64,000 nt of DNA from a plasmid: NCBI RefSeq assembly GCF_053078305.1, contig NZ_CP166875.1. The stretch is one strand, 5' to 3'. The stretch's first letter is position 1. Each line of letters opens with the position of its first letter. The notes under the pieces are model-generated. The model was not told the DNA's origin and did not search any database. It worked only from the letters and a program-made list of their open reading frames with translations. Of the stretch, positions 10,066-20,300 are shown piece by piece. The translations under genes and the position numbers were made by a program.

Positions 10066-11040
10066 ATGCAAATACATCATCTTCTTGGCGCACTGCTTAT
10101 TGTGTGCGGCACTGTCACGGCTGCAGATAACCCGAGCTGGCAGAACGCACGAACCCCACAGGCTGGCGGAAAGACAGGACAGGCTCCCGGGAACGCCCCC
10201 GCAGGCGGCCCCCCGCCTGCCACACAACTCACAGGCCCCCTGCCGCCACCTGCCTCTCCCCTTGTTCAGGAAGCCGCATCACTGGATTCCCCCCTGAATG
10301 CAGGTGAAATTCGGGAACTGCGGGGACGAATGGCCGATAACGAACGGGCCATCAGCGCACCTGTCACCAGTGTGGTGCCCCGTATCAGCTCCCTCACAGT
10401 AAATCTGTCACCCGGGGCCAGTCTGCCGCTTGTCCGAACCGCACTGCATAACGTCAGCGTGGTAACGTTCACGGACATCAACGGCTCCCCGTGGCCTCAG
10501 TCGGATCCGCCTTATAACGCGGCACCCGGTCACTTTGATGTGCAGTTCAACGGCAATATGGTCTCCGTCACTCCCCTGCGCGCCTGGGCTGCAGGGAATG
10601 TAACGGTCTACCTCAAAGGACTGTCTGTACCGGTCATTCTGAATATCACCAGTGGTGAAACCGACACCAATACCCTGAGTCAGGAGATCGACAGCCGTCT
10701 GGATCTGCGCATTCCCCGTCAGGGACCTGTCAGTCCTGTGGTAGCCGTACCATCAGAGAAGATTGCCCTGCATGATGCCACCCTGCAGGCCTTTCTGGAC
10801 GGTGTTCCTCCCGATGATCCCACCGTGCGTCGGCTGAAATTCTCCGGAAATGTTCCGGACACCACCATCTGGCAGCACGGCGATGATCTGCTCGTGCGAT
10901 CGCGGGCCATGCTGCGGGATGAATTTGAACAGACGCTGGCATCTGCTGACGGTACGCGTCTGTGGAAACTGCCGGTGACTCCCTTACTCACCTTCTCCGT
11001 GAATGGTCAGTCCATTCACGTCACCCCTGAACTGGAGTAA
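10066..11040 (+). CDS. T4SS core protein with Pro-rich linker (TraN-like, DotH/IcmK-like)
   Basis: Signal peptide MQIHHLLGALLIVCGTVTA; proline-rich segment; follows the IcmL-like gene. Confidence 0.45.
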   Translation: MQIHHLLGALLIVCGTVTAADNPSWQNARTPQAGGKTGQAPGNAPAGGPPPATQLTGPLPPPASPLVQEAASLDSPLNAGEIRELRGRMADNERAISAPVTSVVPRISSLTVNLSPGASLPLVRTALHNVSVVTFTDINGSPWPQSDPPYNAAPGHFDVQFNGNMVSVTPLRAWAAGNVTVYLKGLSVPVILNITSGETDTNTLSQEIDSRLDLRIPRQGPVSPVVAVPSEKIALHDATLQAFLDGVPPDDPTVRRLKFSGNVPDTTIWQHGDDLLVRSRAMLRDEFEQTLASADGTRLWKLPVTPLLTFSVNGQSIHVTPELE

Positions 11041-11043
11041 ATC

Positions 11044-12375
11044 ATGAGCGCAGAACAGGACACAGCCGCAAAGTCCGGCAAAAAACTGTCAGCCCTGCTG
11101 GTTCTCGGGGGCGTGATTATCATCGGGGGCGGATACCTGCTGCTCACCTGGCTTTCCCCCGAAAACAGCGCATCGCTCTCGTCAGTCAATATCAACAGCA
11201 CGACAACAGGCAGCGGGCGGACCGTGGTGGAGTCACAGCACTACCGGGATTTACTGCGTGCTGACAATGAGCGCGGGGCCGCAGAAGCATTACGTAATAA
11301 CCAGACGTTCATCGCCAGTCTGCCCAGGGGACTGGATACTGATCACGGAAAGAATCAAAGTAGGGATACTCAGCCTGCTGACCAGGCCGAGGGTTCTGGT
11401 CAACCATCAACGCCCCCTCAGGCAGATCAAACAGCCCGGGAAAAACAGCGGGAAGCGTTACAAAAACTGCTTGCCCGCATCAACACACAGCATCCTGACG
11501 CCCGCCCCCCGGTAGTGGCGGCTGCAATGTGGGGTACCACTGGTGCTCCCGGGATAAGCTCACACGCCTCACCACCCGGTACCGGCACATCACCACAACC
11601 ACGTCTGCAGGAGGCCAGTCTGGCAACCCCGGCAGCTCGTACAGGGATACAGCTGATACCGGCACTGACCCGCGTACCTGCCTTCATTGATACGGAAGTG
11701 GACTCTGACAATGCTGTCTCCCGCGTGGTGGCCTCCGTACCTGCCGGCCCATGGGCCGGGGCAGTCCTCTACAGCCAGGACGCCAGACTCGCCGGCAAGG
11801 GAATGGATATCCACTTTGACCGGATGATGTGGCGGGGCATGTTTCTGAAAGTCAATGCATATGCCCTGAATGAACATACCGGCATGTCATCCGTGGCCAG
11901 CGACGTGAACCACCGCTGGTTTAAGCATATCGTTCTGCCGTCTGTGCTCGGTGGGGTGGGCAGTGTCGGAAGTCTTTACAAAGACGCCAACACACAGGTC
12001 ATTCAGGGAAACTACGGCAGCATTACCGGCAGGGTGGGAATGCCTGATGGCGAGGCGCTGGCTGGCGTCATTGCAGGCGGCATGGCCGAACGGGGCAGTC
12101 AGTTGCTGACCCGCCAGGCGGAGAGCGAACCTTACCGGCAGGTGACAGTGTCACGCGGAGAGGTTGTCTCCATTCTGTTTGTTGAGCCGGTCATGAGCAA
12201 CGATATCAGTCCCCCCTCCTCCGGCACTGCCCCTTCTGTGCCACCGCCCTCCGGACGCCCGCTCACCCAGGAAGAAGCAGAGCGTCAGGCGTCTGACAGG
12301 ATCCAGGCAGCTGTCATGCGTAAACAGAACGAAATGCGGCAACGTTACGGAATACAACAGGAAAGTCATCCATGA
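11044..12375 (+). CDS. T4SS core protein, DotG/IcmE/VirB10-like (TraO-like)
   Basis: N-terminal TM helix, Pro/Gln-rich spacer, C-terminal globular domain; 443 aa; stop overlaps next start. Confidence 0.5.
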   Translation: MSAEQDTAAKSGKKLSALLVLGGVIIIGGGYLLLTWLSPENSASLSSVNINSTTTGSGRTVVESQHYRDLLRADNERGAAEALRNNQTFIASLPRGLDTDHGKNQSRDTQPADQAEGSGQPSTPPQADQTAREKQREALQKLLARINTQHPDARPPVVAAAMWGTTGAPGISSHASPPGTGTSPQPRLQEASLATPAARTGIQLIPALTRVPAFIDTEVDSDNAVSRVVASVPAGPWAGAVLYSQDARLAGKGMDIHFDRMMWRGMFLKVNAYALNEHTGMSSVASDVNHRWFKHIVLPSVLGGVGSVGSLYKDANTQVIQGNYGSITGRVGMPDGEALAGVIAGGMAERGSQLLTRQAESEPYRQVTVSRGEVVSILFVEPVMSNDISPPSSGTAPSVPPPSGRPLTQEEAERQASDRIQAAVMRKQNEMRQRYGIQQESHP

Positions 12376-13085
12376 AAAACGAACATGAAGATCCCGGCAG
12401 TTTTGGCGAAACAACGACACCGGCATCCGGCAAATCCTTCCTGAAACGCCAGTATATGGGATACAGCCTGCCAGTCTGGGCCGGCTGTGTCCTCATCATC
12501 CTGGCCGCAGTCTGGTACAAGTTTCTGCGGACACCCTCAGAGCCCCCTGCAGATGCAGGCTTCGCTGTCACACCGCCCGCAGCCGAAAGCTGGGCAGAGC
12601 CCATGCCCATGACGGAGACCGGGAGCGGAAACACCATGTCCGCGCCTCCTGTCTCCCCACAGGCAGACATGCAGCAGCTTGCCCGTGACCTGAAAGCAGA
12701 GCTGGACAGGCGGGATGAGGAAATCCGACGTACCCTGACCATGCTGAAAGAGAGCATCACAACCCTTGGCGACACCATACGGAAAGATGAGGCCTGGGCA
12801 CAGGAAACCCGTCAGTTGCTTGATGAAACCCGTAAGCAGGTGCATGCCCTGCAGATGCAGGGACCACTGCAAATCCCGACCGGGAATAACGGCCAGTCAA
12901 CGAAAACCCCGCCTTCCCGCCTGCAGGGCATGCAAATCATGTCGGTGGAAAAAGGAATGGCCTGGATCCGCTGGCAGGGTAGCGCCTGGGCAGTACGGGA
13001 AGGTGACAGGCTGGGGAATATCACCATCACCCGGATTGAACCGTCCAGCCGCTCAGTCATCACCTCTGCCGGTACATTACGATGA
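12372..13085 (+). CDS. T4SS membrane protein (TraP-like)
   Basis: Single TM segment (LPVWAGCVLIILAAVWY), coiled-coil-like middle; translational coupling on both sides. Confidence 0.4.
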   Translation: MKNEHEDPGSFGETTTPASGKSFLKRQYMGYSLPVWAGCVLIILAAVWYKFLRTPSEPPADAGFAVTPPAAESWAEPMPMTETGSGNTMSAPPVSPQADMQQLARDLKAELDRRDEEIRRTLTMLKESITTLGDTIRKDEAWAQETRQLLDETRKQVHALQMQGPLQIPTGNNGQSTKTPPSRLQGMQIMSVEKGMAWIRWQGSAWAVREGDRLGNITITRIEPSSRSVITSAGTLR

Positions 13086-13612
13086 TGAGCATTGATGCCC
13101 TGACAGCCATAGAGAACTTTGCCAGCGGTATATTCAGTGCAGGCATGGAGTTTCTCTTCACCTGGGGAGAGCTGCTGGGGATTATCGGCCTGATTGGTCA
13201 TCTGATGCGTGCCCGGGCTGAAGGGCGTCACAGTATGGGACCGGGAAAATTTATCGCCGGTATCGTCATCTGCGGCATGCTGGTCGCCCTGCCATCCTTC
13301 ATCAATGCCGGGGGTACCCAGATGGGATTCAGGGCAGATTCCTTCGGCCCTATCGCTTATGTACAACCAACCACCTTTGGTGCCGCTGCCGGTGCCGCCA
13401 ATGCCATGCTCTCACTGGTAAAACTGGCCGGAGTGGGGTTTGCCATGAACGGCATTTCCATCTGGCGTAAATCCCTGCTGGACGGGCATACCGCCCTGAG
13501 CAGCAGTGAGTCCATCAGCAAAGGAAACGTCAAGTTTGTTGCCGGCGTTCTGCTGGTTTTTATCGATCGCGTCATCGATGCCTCTCTGGCGAGTCTTGGT
13601 CTCGCCTTCTGA
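13082..13612 (+). CDS. polytopic T4SS inner-membrane protein (TraQ-like)
   Basis: Multiple hydrophobic helices; coupled to the preceding gene. Confidence 0.4.
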   Translation: MMSIDALTAIENFASGIFSAGMEFLFTWGELLGIIGLIGHLMRARAEGRHSMGPGKFIAGIVICGMLVALPSFINAGGTQMGFRADSFGPIAYVQPTTFGAAAGAANAMLSLVKLAGVGFAMNGISIWRKSLLDGHTALSSSESISKGNVKFVAGVLLVFIDRVIDASLASLGLAF

Positions 13613-13658
13613 TCCACATCCTTTTTCAGTAATTCAGTCTGTTAGTTAAGGAGACTAT

Positions 13659-14057
13659 ATGTCACGATTCCGTGCCATGGCGGCGCGTCTGTGCGCTGCA
13701 TTTATTTATGTTCAGTTATGCCTGGTGGCCTGCCGTGATCGGCTGATACGCCTGTTACTTCTGCTTCCCGTGATACTGCTGCCCCACACAGCGATGGCAA
13801 ACACCCTATTCGATATGATCAAAACCGTTGGCGATGGTGCAAAAGGCTCCAGCAGTTCATTTGTGGCTATCGGTCAGGTTATTGGCCTGGTGCTCTTTAT
13901 CGGCGGCCTGCTTGGCCTCAAACAAATCGGTAAAAAACCCGGTGCCGGGCTGGCCTGCCTGCTGTCAATTCTGGTCGGCCTCTGCCTTGCCGTCGTACCG
14001 GAACTGATGGGTAGCGGACAGAAAACGCTCGGTCTTTCTCCGGTTTCAATCAGTTAA
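13659..14057 (+). CDS. small T4SS membrane protein (TraR-like); start uncertain
   Basis: Two hydrophobic helices (VIGLVLFIGGLLGL, LACLLSILVGLCLAVV); alternative internal start at MANTLFD. Confidence 0.4.
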   Translation: MSRFRAMAARLCAAFIYVQLCLVACRDRLIRLLLLLPVILLPHTAMANTLFDMIKTVGDGAKGSSSSFVAIGQVIGLVLFIGGLLGLKQIGKKPGAGLACLLSILVGLCLAVVPELMGSGQKTLGLSPVSIS

Positions 14058-14113
14058 TCCGCAAAGGCACCGGGAAACCGGTGCCGTCTTCACACAATGA
14101 GGAGGACCAGACC

Positions 14114-14365
14114 ATGTCCTGTGAGCTGCCCCCTTTCACCCTGCTCAGAACAGAGCACGGCAACGTGATTGCCCGCGACAACCGGGATAATCAGGAGTTT
14201 GTGTTTGCAGAATGTTATTCCACCGCCATCGCAGCACTGATTCTGGCTGCCGTCACCCTGTATACAGAGAGAAAAACGTATGAACAAAACACCGCCACTC
14301 ATCGCCCCGGTCCGGGAACGCTGGCTTTTCCCGCTCCCGCAACCGGACACGGTATTCAGCGGTGA
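14114..14365 (+). CDS. small ORF (TraS-position); overlaps next gene in another frame
   Basis: ATG 14114 preceded by GGAGGA; overlaps 14280-15098 by about 85 nt, so one of the two boundaries is probably wrong. Confidence 0.25.
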   Translation: MSCELPPFTLLRTEHGNVIARDNRDNQEFVFAECYSTAIAALILAAVTLYTERKTYEQNTATHRPGPGTLAFPAPATGHGIQR

Positions 14366-15098
14366 ATCCCTGCTGCCACCACCAGTGCTCTCAACACCCG
14401 GACGCTGTCCCTGCTGTCGCAGGACCGTCACTCACCGCTTCATTCTGGAGGATTCATGGCCATTACAGCAGATGGCTGACACCTGCCGGGATACGGTCGT
14501 CCTGCTGGAAAAAAACCTCACCCGGGTGATGCGCCTGAAAAAACATCCGGTACCGGAAAATGCTGACGAAAAAAAGAAACACACCCGAACCCTGCAGGAT
14601 GCGGAGCGGTCCCTGGCACAGGCCCGCCTGTCGGCCAGGCGACTGGCCCTGCGTCATGTGGAAAAGTCACAAATCGTCACAACAGATGCACTCAGCGAAA
14701 ATGAAAGTGAACTGCTGCAGCCGGAAGGCCCGCCCTTTCATCTCTGTGCCTTCTGCCACGCCTGGCACTGCCTGAACGGCTACGCTGCCGCACAGGGGGT
14801 GATGGTCTGGCTCCCTGATTTGCATCCGGCCTCGGTAGTTGCTCTCAATGCACGGGCACTGAAGGAAATTTTCAGCGATGAGCGTAAGCGAGTCAGACAG
14901 GGACGGGCCGTACTGAATGCCCTGGTACAGAACCGCCTGGCCGTTGAGGAGAAATTTCGCACCTGGCGTCCGGCGGATTTTGCTGATGCACTGCGCCGCT
15001 GGCCGCCGGCACAGCGTAAAACGTTGAGGGAGAAAATGGACGGGGTGGCGCTCATTCTGCTGCCGGATTCGTTTCCTGACAAAAAGTACGTCATGTGA
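14280..15098 (+). CDS. hypothetical transfer-operon protein (TraT-position)
   Basis: 272-aa ORF, Cys-containing (CPCCRR, CAFCHAWHC), basic; same strand as the tra operon. Confidence 0.35.
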   Translation: MNKTPPLIAPVRERWLFPLPQPDTVFSGESLLPPPVLSTPGRCPCCRRTVTHRFILEDSWPLQQMADTCRDTVVLLEKNLTRVMRLKKHPVPENADEKKKHTRTLQDAERSLAQARLSARRLALRHVEKSQIVTTDALSENESELLQPEGPPFHLCAFCHAWHCLNGYAAAQGVMVWLPDLHPASVVALNARALKEIFSDERKRVRQGRAVLNALVQNRLAVEEKFRTWRPADFADALRRWPPAQRKTLREKMDGVALILLPDSFPDKKYVM

Positions 15099-15156
15099 CA
15101 CACACCGGTACCGATGACATTCTGCCGGCACACATTCAACTTACAGAGGAACAAAA

Positions 15157-15516
15157 ATGGATACACACTCTGCCGGATATCAGTTCACTGCAGATTCATT
15201 CCGGCGTTTTATTATACGGACGCTGACTGACAATATTCCGCCTGACGGAGATGAAAAAGAAATTGCCCGGTTCATTCTCCGCCACCCGGCATTTAACGGC
15301 GGCTGGCTGCTCTTTCTGGCTGCAGAAATTCATGAAAGATCCCGTACCCATAAAAGCATCACCGTCACAGTGAGCGTCGATAACTATCTCTCATGGATGG
15401 ATATTGCCGTATCCGGTCTCCCGGAATTACCGGATATGCCCTTCTGTGATTTTTTCATTCGCCGCCAGCAGTTTATCTATCCGGGTGTGCCCCCGACAAA
15501 ATCAGGAGAAGAATGA
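15157..15516 (+). CDS. hypothetical protein
   Basis: 119-aa ORF; stop overlaps next ORF start. Confidence 0.3.
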   Translation: MDTHSAGYQFTADSFRRFIIRTLTDNIPPDGDEKEIARFILRHPAFNGGWLLFLAAEIHERSRTHKSITVTVSVDNYLSWMDIAVSGLPELPDMPFCDFFIRRQQFIYPGVPPTKSGEE

Positions 15517-15896
15517 TGAAAATTCACCGCATATCCCCGGAGATGCTTATAACACTCATCCACGCACACCTGGCCGGAAAAACTGACAGTACCGCCAAAG
15601 AAGAGCACCGGCTACTCCGTCGTTTCCTGCGGGATGATGACGGCAGGCTGGCCGGCGTACTGCTGAATATTGCCGGAATACTTCAGTTCAACAGGGAATT
15701 AAGTGCGCGGCATAATTATCCGGCCACACCCCTGACTGAATTTTCATTAAGGAAACGGGGAAAACAACTTCATCTCTGTCTCTGCAGTCTCCGTTTCTTT
15801 TATATTCCTCCGGTATTTATACAAAACAAAAGAAGAAAATCTATTGTTGTACATCTTAATAAGATCACTTATAAACAAACCCATTCAATACGCTGA
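15513..15896 (+). CDS. hypothetical protein
   Basis: 127-aa ORF coupled to the previous one; C-terminal part runs into an AT-rich segment. Confidence 0.3.
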   Translation: MMKIHRISPEMLITLIHAHLAGKTDSTAKEEHRLLRRFLRDDDGRLAGVLLNIAGILQFNRELSARHNYPATPLTEFSLRKRGKQLHLCLCSLRFFYIPPVFIQNKRRKSIVVHLNKITYKQTHSIR

Positions 15897-16414
15897 CGAA
15901 GTGATTCATACTGATTATACTCATCTTTGCCTATATGTTTTTTAAGCGTATTAACAATATCATATTGAGGATGTCCTGAATTGTCAGTATACAGTGTTGT
16001 TGCAGGAAGGACTGCATAATCTGATATTTCACAACCTGTATACAGTTCTTTGTCAGTTCGGCAGGAATGGCAAAGAGAAAGACATGTATACAGGTCTGTG
16101 TTTTCTGCCTCCTCAGGAGATAACCACGACACATATTGCAAATCATCTGTATCAGGATAACAATTTTCTTCCTGAACCTGAACTCTGAAAATATAGAAAA
16201 ATAATTCATCTTTTGAAAGGCATGCTATTTTATTCCCCCAATGCACCGCATTATCAAGTTGATCCGATAAATAAATCCATCCTGGTGTCGTCTCTAACGA
16301 CCAGCATATAACAGAAGGAGCATCAGTTCTTATTTTCCCATCTTTTATTATTTGCAGACCTCTGCTCATTGTTGTCGCATGAAAAAGATTTAATATTTTA
16401 TTTTCAGCCTTCAC
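15869..16414 (-). CDS. hypothetical protein encoded antisense to the tra operon, AT-rich (181 aa)
   Basis: Long minus-strand ORF in a markedly AT-rich block between GC-rich tra genes; N-terminal motif LFHATT...GLQIIKDGKI. Confidence 0.4.
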   Translation of the reverse strand: MKAENKILNLFHATTMSRGLQIIKDGKIRTDAPSVICWSLETTPGWIYLSDQLDNAVHWGNKIACLSKDELFFYIFRVQVQEENCYPDTDDLQYVSWLSPEEAENTDLYTCLSLCHSCRTDKELYTGCEISDYAVLPATTLYTDNSGHPQYDIVNTLKKHIGKDEYNQYESLRQRIEWVCL

Positions 16415-16483
16415 TCTATTTCCTCATTTCCCAAGAAACATATTAAAAACGGAAAACATTACACATAACCTGGAGGACAAATC

Positions 16484-16576
16484 ATGACTTTAAATTTCCC
16501 TGCCGGGGAAACTACACTATTCTCAGCAAAAAACATCCTGACAGCAATACTCACTCTGCACAACTTACACGCATAG
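16484..16576 (+). CDS. small ORF (30 aa) with strong ribosome-binding site
   Basis: GGAGG 7 nt before ATG 16484; encodes MTLNFPAGETTLFSAKNILTAILTLHNLHA; lies just upstream of traU. Confidence 0.25.
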   Translation: MTLNFPAGETTLFSAKNILTAILTLHNLHA

Positions 16577-16638
16577 CGTTCCCATTTGAATACAGTTGCA
16601 GCCCGCGATTTATTTTGTCTTCCGGAGCCACCTCTGCC

Positions 16639-19600
16639 ATGAATATCAACCGCATTATTTTTGCCATTGAAGACTGTATCAGTACCCTGTCACGGTATTC
16701 CGTTTCCGCATTCTTCCCCGATTACTGTGATCTGCACACCGTCATCGGTCTGGACCAGCAGGACCGCGAACGCCGCCCCTGGCTGAAAGCCCCCTACATT
16801 GCCACCACAAAACAGGGGTATTACCTTTCCGTCTTTGAAATCAGCGGTGCCCTGAAAGAAATGGATGAAAACCCGGACCTGACAGCCCCCGGCACACTGG
16901 AATCACTGATTACAGCGCTGGCAGAGCGAATGAACACTGCCTATAAAAACACCGGTCACAAAATCAGTTTTGTTTTCGAACGCGATCCGGAGCGTGGAAG
17001 GGATGAAATCGAAGCCATGCTCTTACCCCAGCGAAAATCCATCGCACGCACGGGGATCCTGCTTCAGGACGTTCTGGATGAAAAAGTCACCACGCTCACC
17101 CCCTGGCTTGTCCGGGAACGCTGCTGGCTGACCGTCTGGAGCTCTGAAGAACTGCTGAGCCGGACCGATCGCAAGGACCACCAGACCCGTATCAGGAAAC
17201 TCGCTGAACACGCTCCGCCAGCCCGATTTGCGCAGGATCCATGGCGCTGGACACTTTCCGCACTCAAAATACGGCATGACGCCTTTCTGGACACGCTGGA
17301 GCAGGCCCTGACACATGATTCTGATGGTCTGCTGGTTCGCCTGATGGATATTCATGAAGTGGGACGGGAAATCCGCCGTCAACTGGAGCGCAACAGCACA
17401 CCTGCAGTATGGCAGCCTCATCTGCCTGAAGATGCCCGTCCTGCCGGCTGGCGACAGGGCGAGGATACCTCTGTATTCCACGCACCGTCGCTGAATCTGC
17501 AGTTATTCACCACACAGCCTGAAACACACGGCAGCCTGATAAAGGCCGGTGACCTCTGGCACGGTATGGTCGCCATTACCCTGCCACCCCAGAATCTGCG
17601 GACATTCAACCAGCTGGTCAGGGATGTGCCCCGCGCAATCCCCTGGCGTATCCGGATGGATCTGATGCCCGGCGGCATGAAGGCGCTTGGGGTCAAGAAA
17701 ACCCTGCTGACCTACAGCAGCTTTATTTCCCCTCTCCGGCCCATGTATGACTCGGTGATGATGCTGAATGACATCAACAAACATGATCCGGTCTGTATCA
17801 TGACCATTGTTGCCACCACATGGGGAAACAGCCGGGAAGTCTGTACCCGCAACCAGGCTCTCCTGAAATCTGCGCTGGAAGGCTGGGGAGTATGCGGCAC
17901 CACCACCACCTTCGGTGATCCGAGACGTGCCTGGGTGAACACGGTTCTGGCGGCCTCCCACGGTTCCGGTCCAGTCCCCCTTTACCCGCCCCTTTCACAC
18001 GCCCTTTCCCTGTTTCCCCTGAACAGGGCCGGCTCTGTCTGGCGGGGACAGGGAAATCTGATGATGCACACCGAAGACGGCTCTGCATGGGAGGTCGCGC
18101 TGGCATCGTCACAACAGAACAAGCACACGGAACTGACGCCCGGCGCACCCGGTCTGGGCAAATCGGTACTCATCAACGCACTGTCGGAGATCCAGATAGC
18201 CTCAGCCCAGAAGAACCTGCCTTTCATTGCCTATATCGACAAGGGATTCAGTGCACAGGGACTGGTACAGCTTATCCGTGACAGCCTGCCGGAGCAGAGA
18301 AAGGACGAAGCCGTGGGGATCATTCTGAGCAATGATCCGGAACACACCCGTAACCTGTTTGATGTGATGTACGGTGCTAAAAAACCCGCCACCCCGGAAA
18401 AGAACTTCATGGTATCTGTACTCTGCGCACTGTGCGTGGATACCGGCACCGGTCAGCCCTGTAATCCCGGTGACACCCGGCAAATCATAAGCAACCTGGT
18501 GGATCTGGCCTTCAGGGAGTATGGCGAAAACAACCCCAGACTGTACCGTGCAGGAACAGAGCCCCTTGTGGATCTCGCCCTGGAAGAGAGTGGCATCGCA
18601 GAACAACATGACGCTGGATGGTGGAATGCTGCCACCTGGTTTGAAATCAGGGACATGCTGCATATGGCTGGCAATATCCCCGCAGCCCAGCGGGCACACT
18701 ACCAGGCCATGCCCCTGCTGGCTGAAATGTCCGCCCTGCTGGGACAGCCATCCATCCGGGATGTGTTCGGCACAGTTCAGCGCGATAACTCAGCAGAATT
18801 GTTACTGGACTACATCCGCCGTGCCCTCGATCAGGGACACAGTGACTACCCGATGATGTCCGGCTGTACCCAGTTTATGCTCAGCCCCGACACCCGCGTC
18901 GTGGCCGTTGATCTGAACAATGTGGCCGGTGACAAGACACCTGCCGGGCGTCTGCGCACCGGCATCATGTACCTGCTGGCAGGACAAATCGCCGGAGGGG
19001 ATTTTGTCCTGCCGCAGTATCAGGAGGAAATACGGAAAAATCTCGACCCACGCTACCATGAGGTGATTTTCCGCCGCATTGAACAGCTTGATCAGGAGGT
19101 CAAGACCAAAGTCTATGACGAACTGCACAATGCAAAAGGGATCAATTTCATCTGGGAAGCCCTGGACACCCAGGAGCTGGAGCAGCGTAAGTTCGGGATA
19201 CGCACAGTGCTGAGCACCCAGCTATTGCAGGACTATCCACCGGCAGTTCTCAAATCCGCCAACACCCTCTGGTTGCTGCGTTACCGCCCTGACGAAATTC
19301 CGTTTCTGCGGGATAATTTTGGTGTCCCTGAAGTCACCCTGCGGCGCTTCCTGAAAATGCCGGAAGGGGCTGCACCGGATGGCAGCGGTGTCCCGGTACT
19401 GGCGGTGTTCCGTGTAAAAAACGGTACGCTGGCCCGGATCCTGAAATTCACTCTCGGTCCACTGGAGCTGTGGGCACTGAATTCCTCACCCAAAGACAGC
19501 GCCCTGAGACGTGCGCTGACGCAGGAGCTCGGGTCACTGCGGGCACGCCAGATCCTGGCAGAAAACTTTCCCCGTGGTTCAGCCACCTCACTGATAGAAC

Positions 19601-19683
19601 ACCGCGCCCGTACACATGACAGTGAAAACGTCATCCATGATCTGGCTGCGGAACTCATCCGTAAGCAGGGATATCACCTCTGA
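16639..19683 (+). CDS. traU: T4SS ATPase, DotO/IcmB (VirB4-like) family (TraU-like)
   Basis: Walker A PGAPGLGKS; 1014 aa from ATG 16639; stop overlaps next start. Confidence 0.75.
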   Translation: MNINRIIFAIEDCISTLSRYSVSAFFPDYCDLHTVIGLDQQDRERRPWLKAPYIATTKQGYYLSVFEISGALKEMDENPDLTAPGTLESLITALAERMNTAYKNTGHKISFVFERDPERGRDEIEAMLLPQRKSIARTGILLQDVLDEKVTTLTPWLVRERCWLTVWSSEELLSRTDRKDHQTRIRKLAEHAPPARFAQDPWRWTLSALKIRHDAFLDTLEQALTHDSDGLLVRLMDIHEVGREIRRQLERNSTPAVWQPHLPEDARPAGWRQGEDTSVFHAPSLNLQLFTTQPETHGSLIKAGDLWHGMVAITLPPQNLRTFNQLVRDVPRAIPWRIRMDLMPGGMKALGVKKTLLTYSSFISPLRPMYDSVMMLNDINKHDPVCIMTIVATTWGNSREVCTRNQALLKSALEGWGVCGTTTTFGDPRRAWVNTVLAASHGSGPVPLYPPLSHALSLFPLNRAGSVWRGQGNLMMHTEDGSAWEVALASSQQNKHTELTPGAPGLGKSVLINALSEIQIASAQKNLPFIAYIDKGFSAQGLVQLIRDSLPEQRKDEAVGIILSNDPEHTRNLFDVMYGAKKPATPEKNFMVSVLCALCVDTGTGQPCNPGDTRQIISNLVDLAFREYGENNPRLYRAGTEPLVDLALEESGIAEQHDAGWWNAATWFEIRDMLHMAGNIPAAQRAHYQAMPLLAEMSALLGQPSIRDVFGTVQRDNSAELLLDYIRRALDQGHSDYPMMSGCTQFMLSPDTRVVAVDLNNVAGDKTPAGRLRTGIMYLLAGQIAGGDFVLPQYQEEIRKNLDPRYHEVIFRRIEQLDQEVKTKVYDELHNAKGINFIWEALDTQELEQRKFGIRTVLSTQLLQDYPPAVLKSANTLWLLRYRPDEIPFLRDNFGVPEVTLRRFLKMPEGAAPDGSGVPVLAVFRVKNGTLARILKFTLGPLELWALNSSPKDSALRRALTQELGSLRARQILAENFPRGSATSLIEHRARTHDSENVIHDLAAELIRKQGYHL

Positions 19684-20300
19684 TGTACAGCATACACATC
19701 ACTCCCCGCTGCCGGCGTCCTGCACGGGGACAGGTCTTCCTGAAAACGCTGCGCGTGGACGGTGACAGTTTCAGCTTCACCCTGCCGTCCGCCTGCTTCA
19801 CGCTGCGTCCCTCCCCCAATCCCCGGGTCATTTTCGCCAGTGACAGACGGGCTGACGGGGAAATGAGTGGCGTTCGCCTGGCTCTGCCCGGAGAGACAGG
19901 CACGCTGATAACAACGGCCACCTGGCAGGTCAACGTGCCGGAGCGGCCTCCTTTTGATATACAGCATGTCATTCACTGGCTCCTGCCCTCGCCTCTCACG
20001 GCGCTGATGTCCGACAACACCTGGCTGTGGCCGGATAGCCCCGGCACACCGGCACTGACGGCGGGAGACTGGCCGGTAATGGAAACCGATACCCCGACGC
20101 TGAAACGCGTGAAGCGTCGTACCTTCACGCTCATCGATAACCGCAACCGTCAGGGATGGATCACCCGTCGCTTCCAGTGCTTCCCGCTGGCTCCGCTGCC
20201 GGAATCACACAGTCACCGCGTACCAGACATCCTGTATCCCCTGAAAACGGAGAAAAAAGAATGCAAAGACAACCAGCAACCACACTGCTTGCACTCCTGA
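19683..20300 (+). CDS. hypothetical transfer protein (TraV-position)
   Basis: ATG overlapping the traU stop (TGATG); 205 aa. Confidence 0.4.
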   Translation: MYSIHITPRCRRPARGQVFLKTLRVDGDSFSFTLPSACFTLRPSPNPRVIFASDRRADGEMSGVRLALPGETGTLITTATWQVNVPERPPFDIQHVIHWLLPSPLTALMSDNTWLWPDSPGTPALTAGDWPVMETDTPTLKRVKRRTFTLIDNRNRQGWITRRFQCFPLAPLPESHSHRVPDILYPLKTEKKECKDNQQPHCLHS

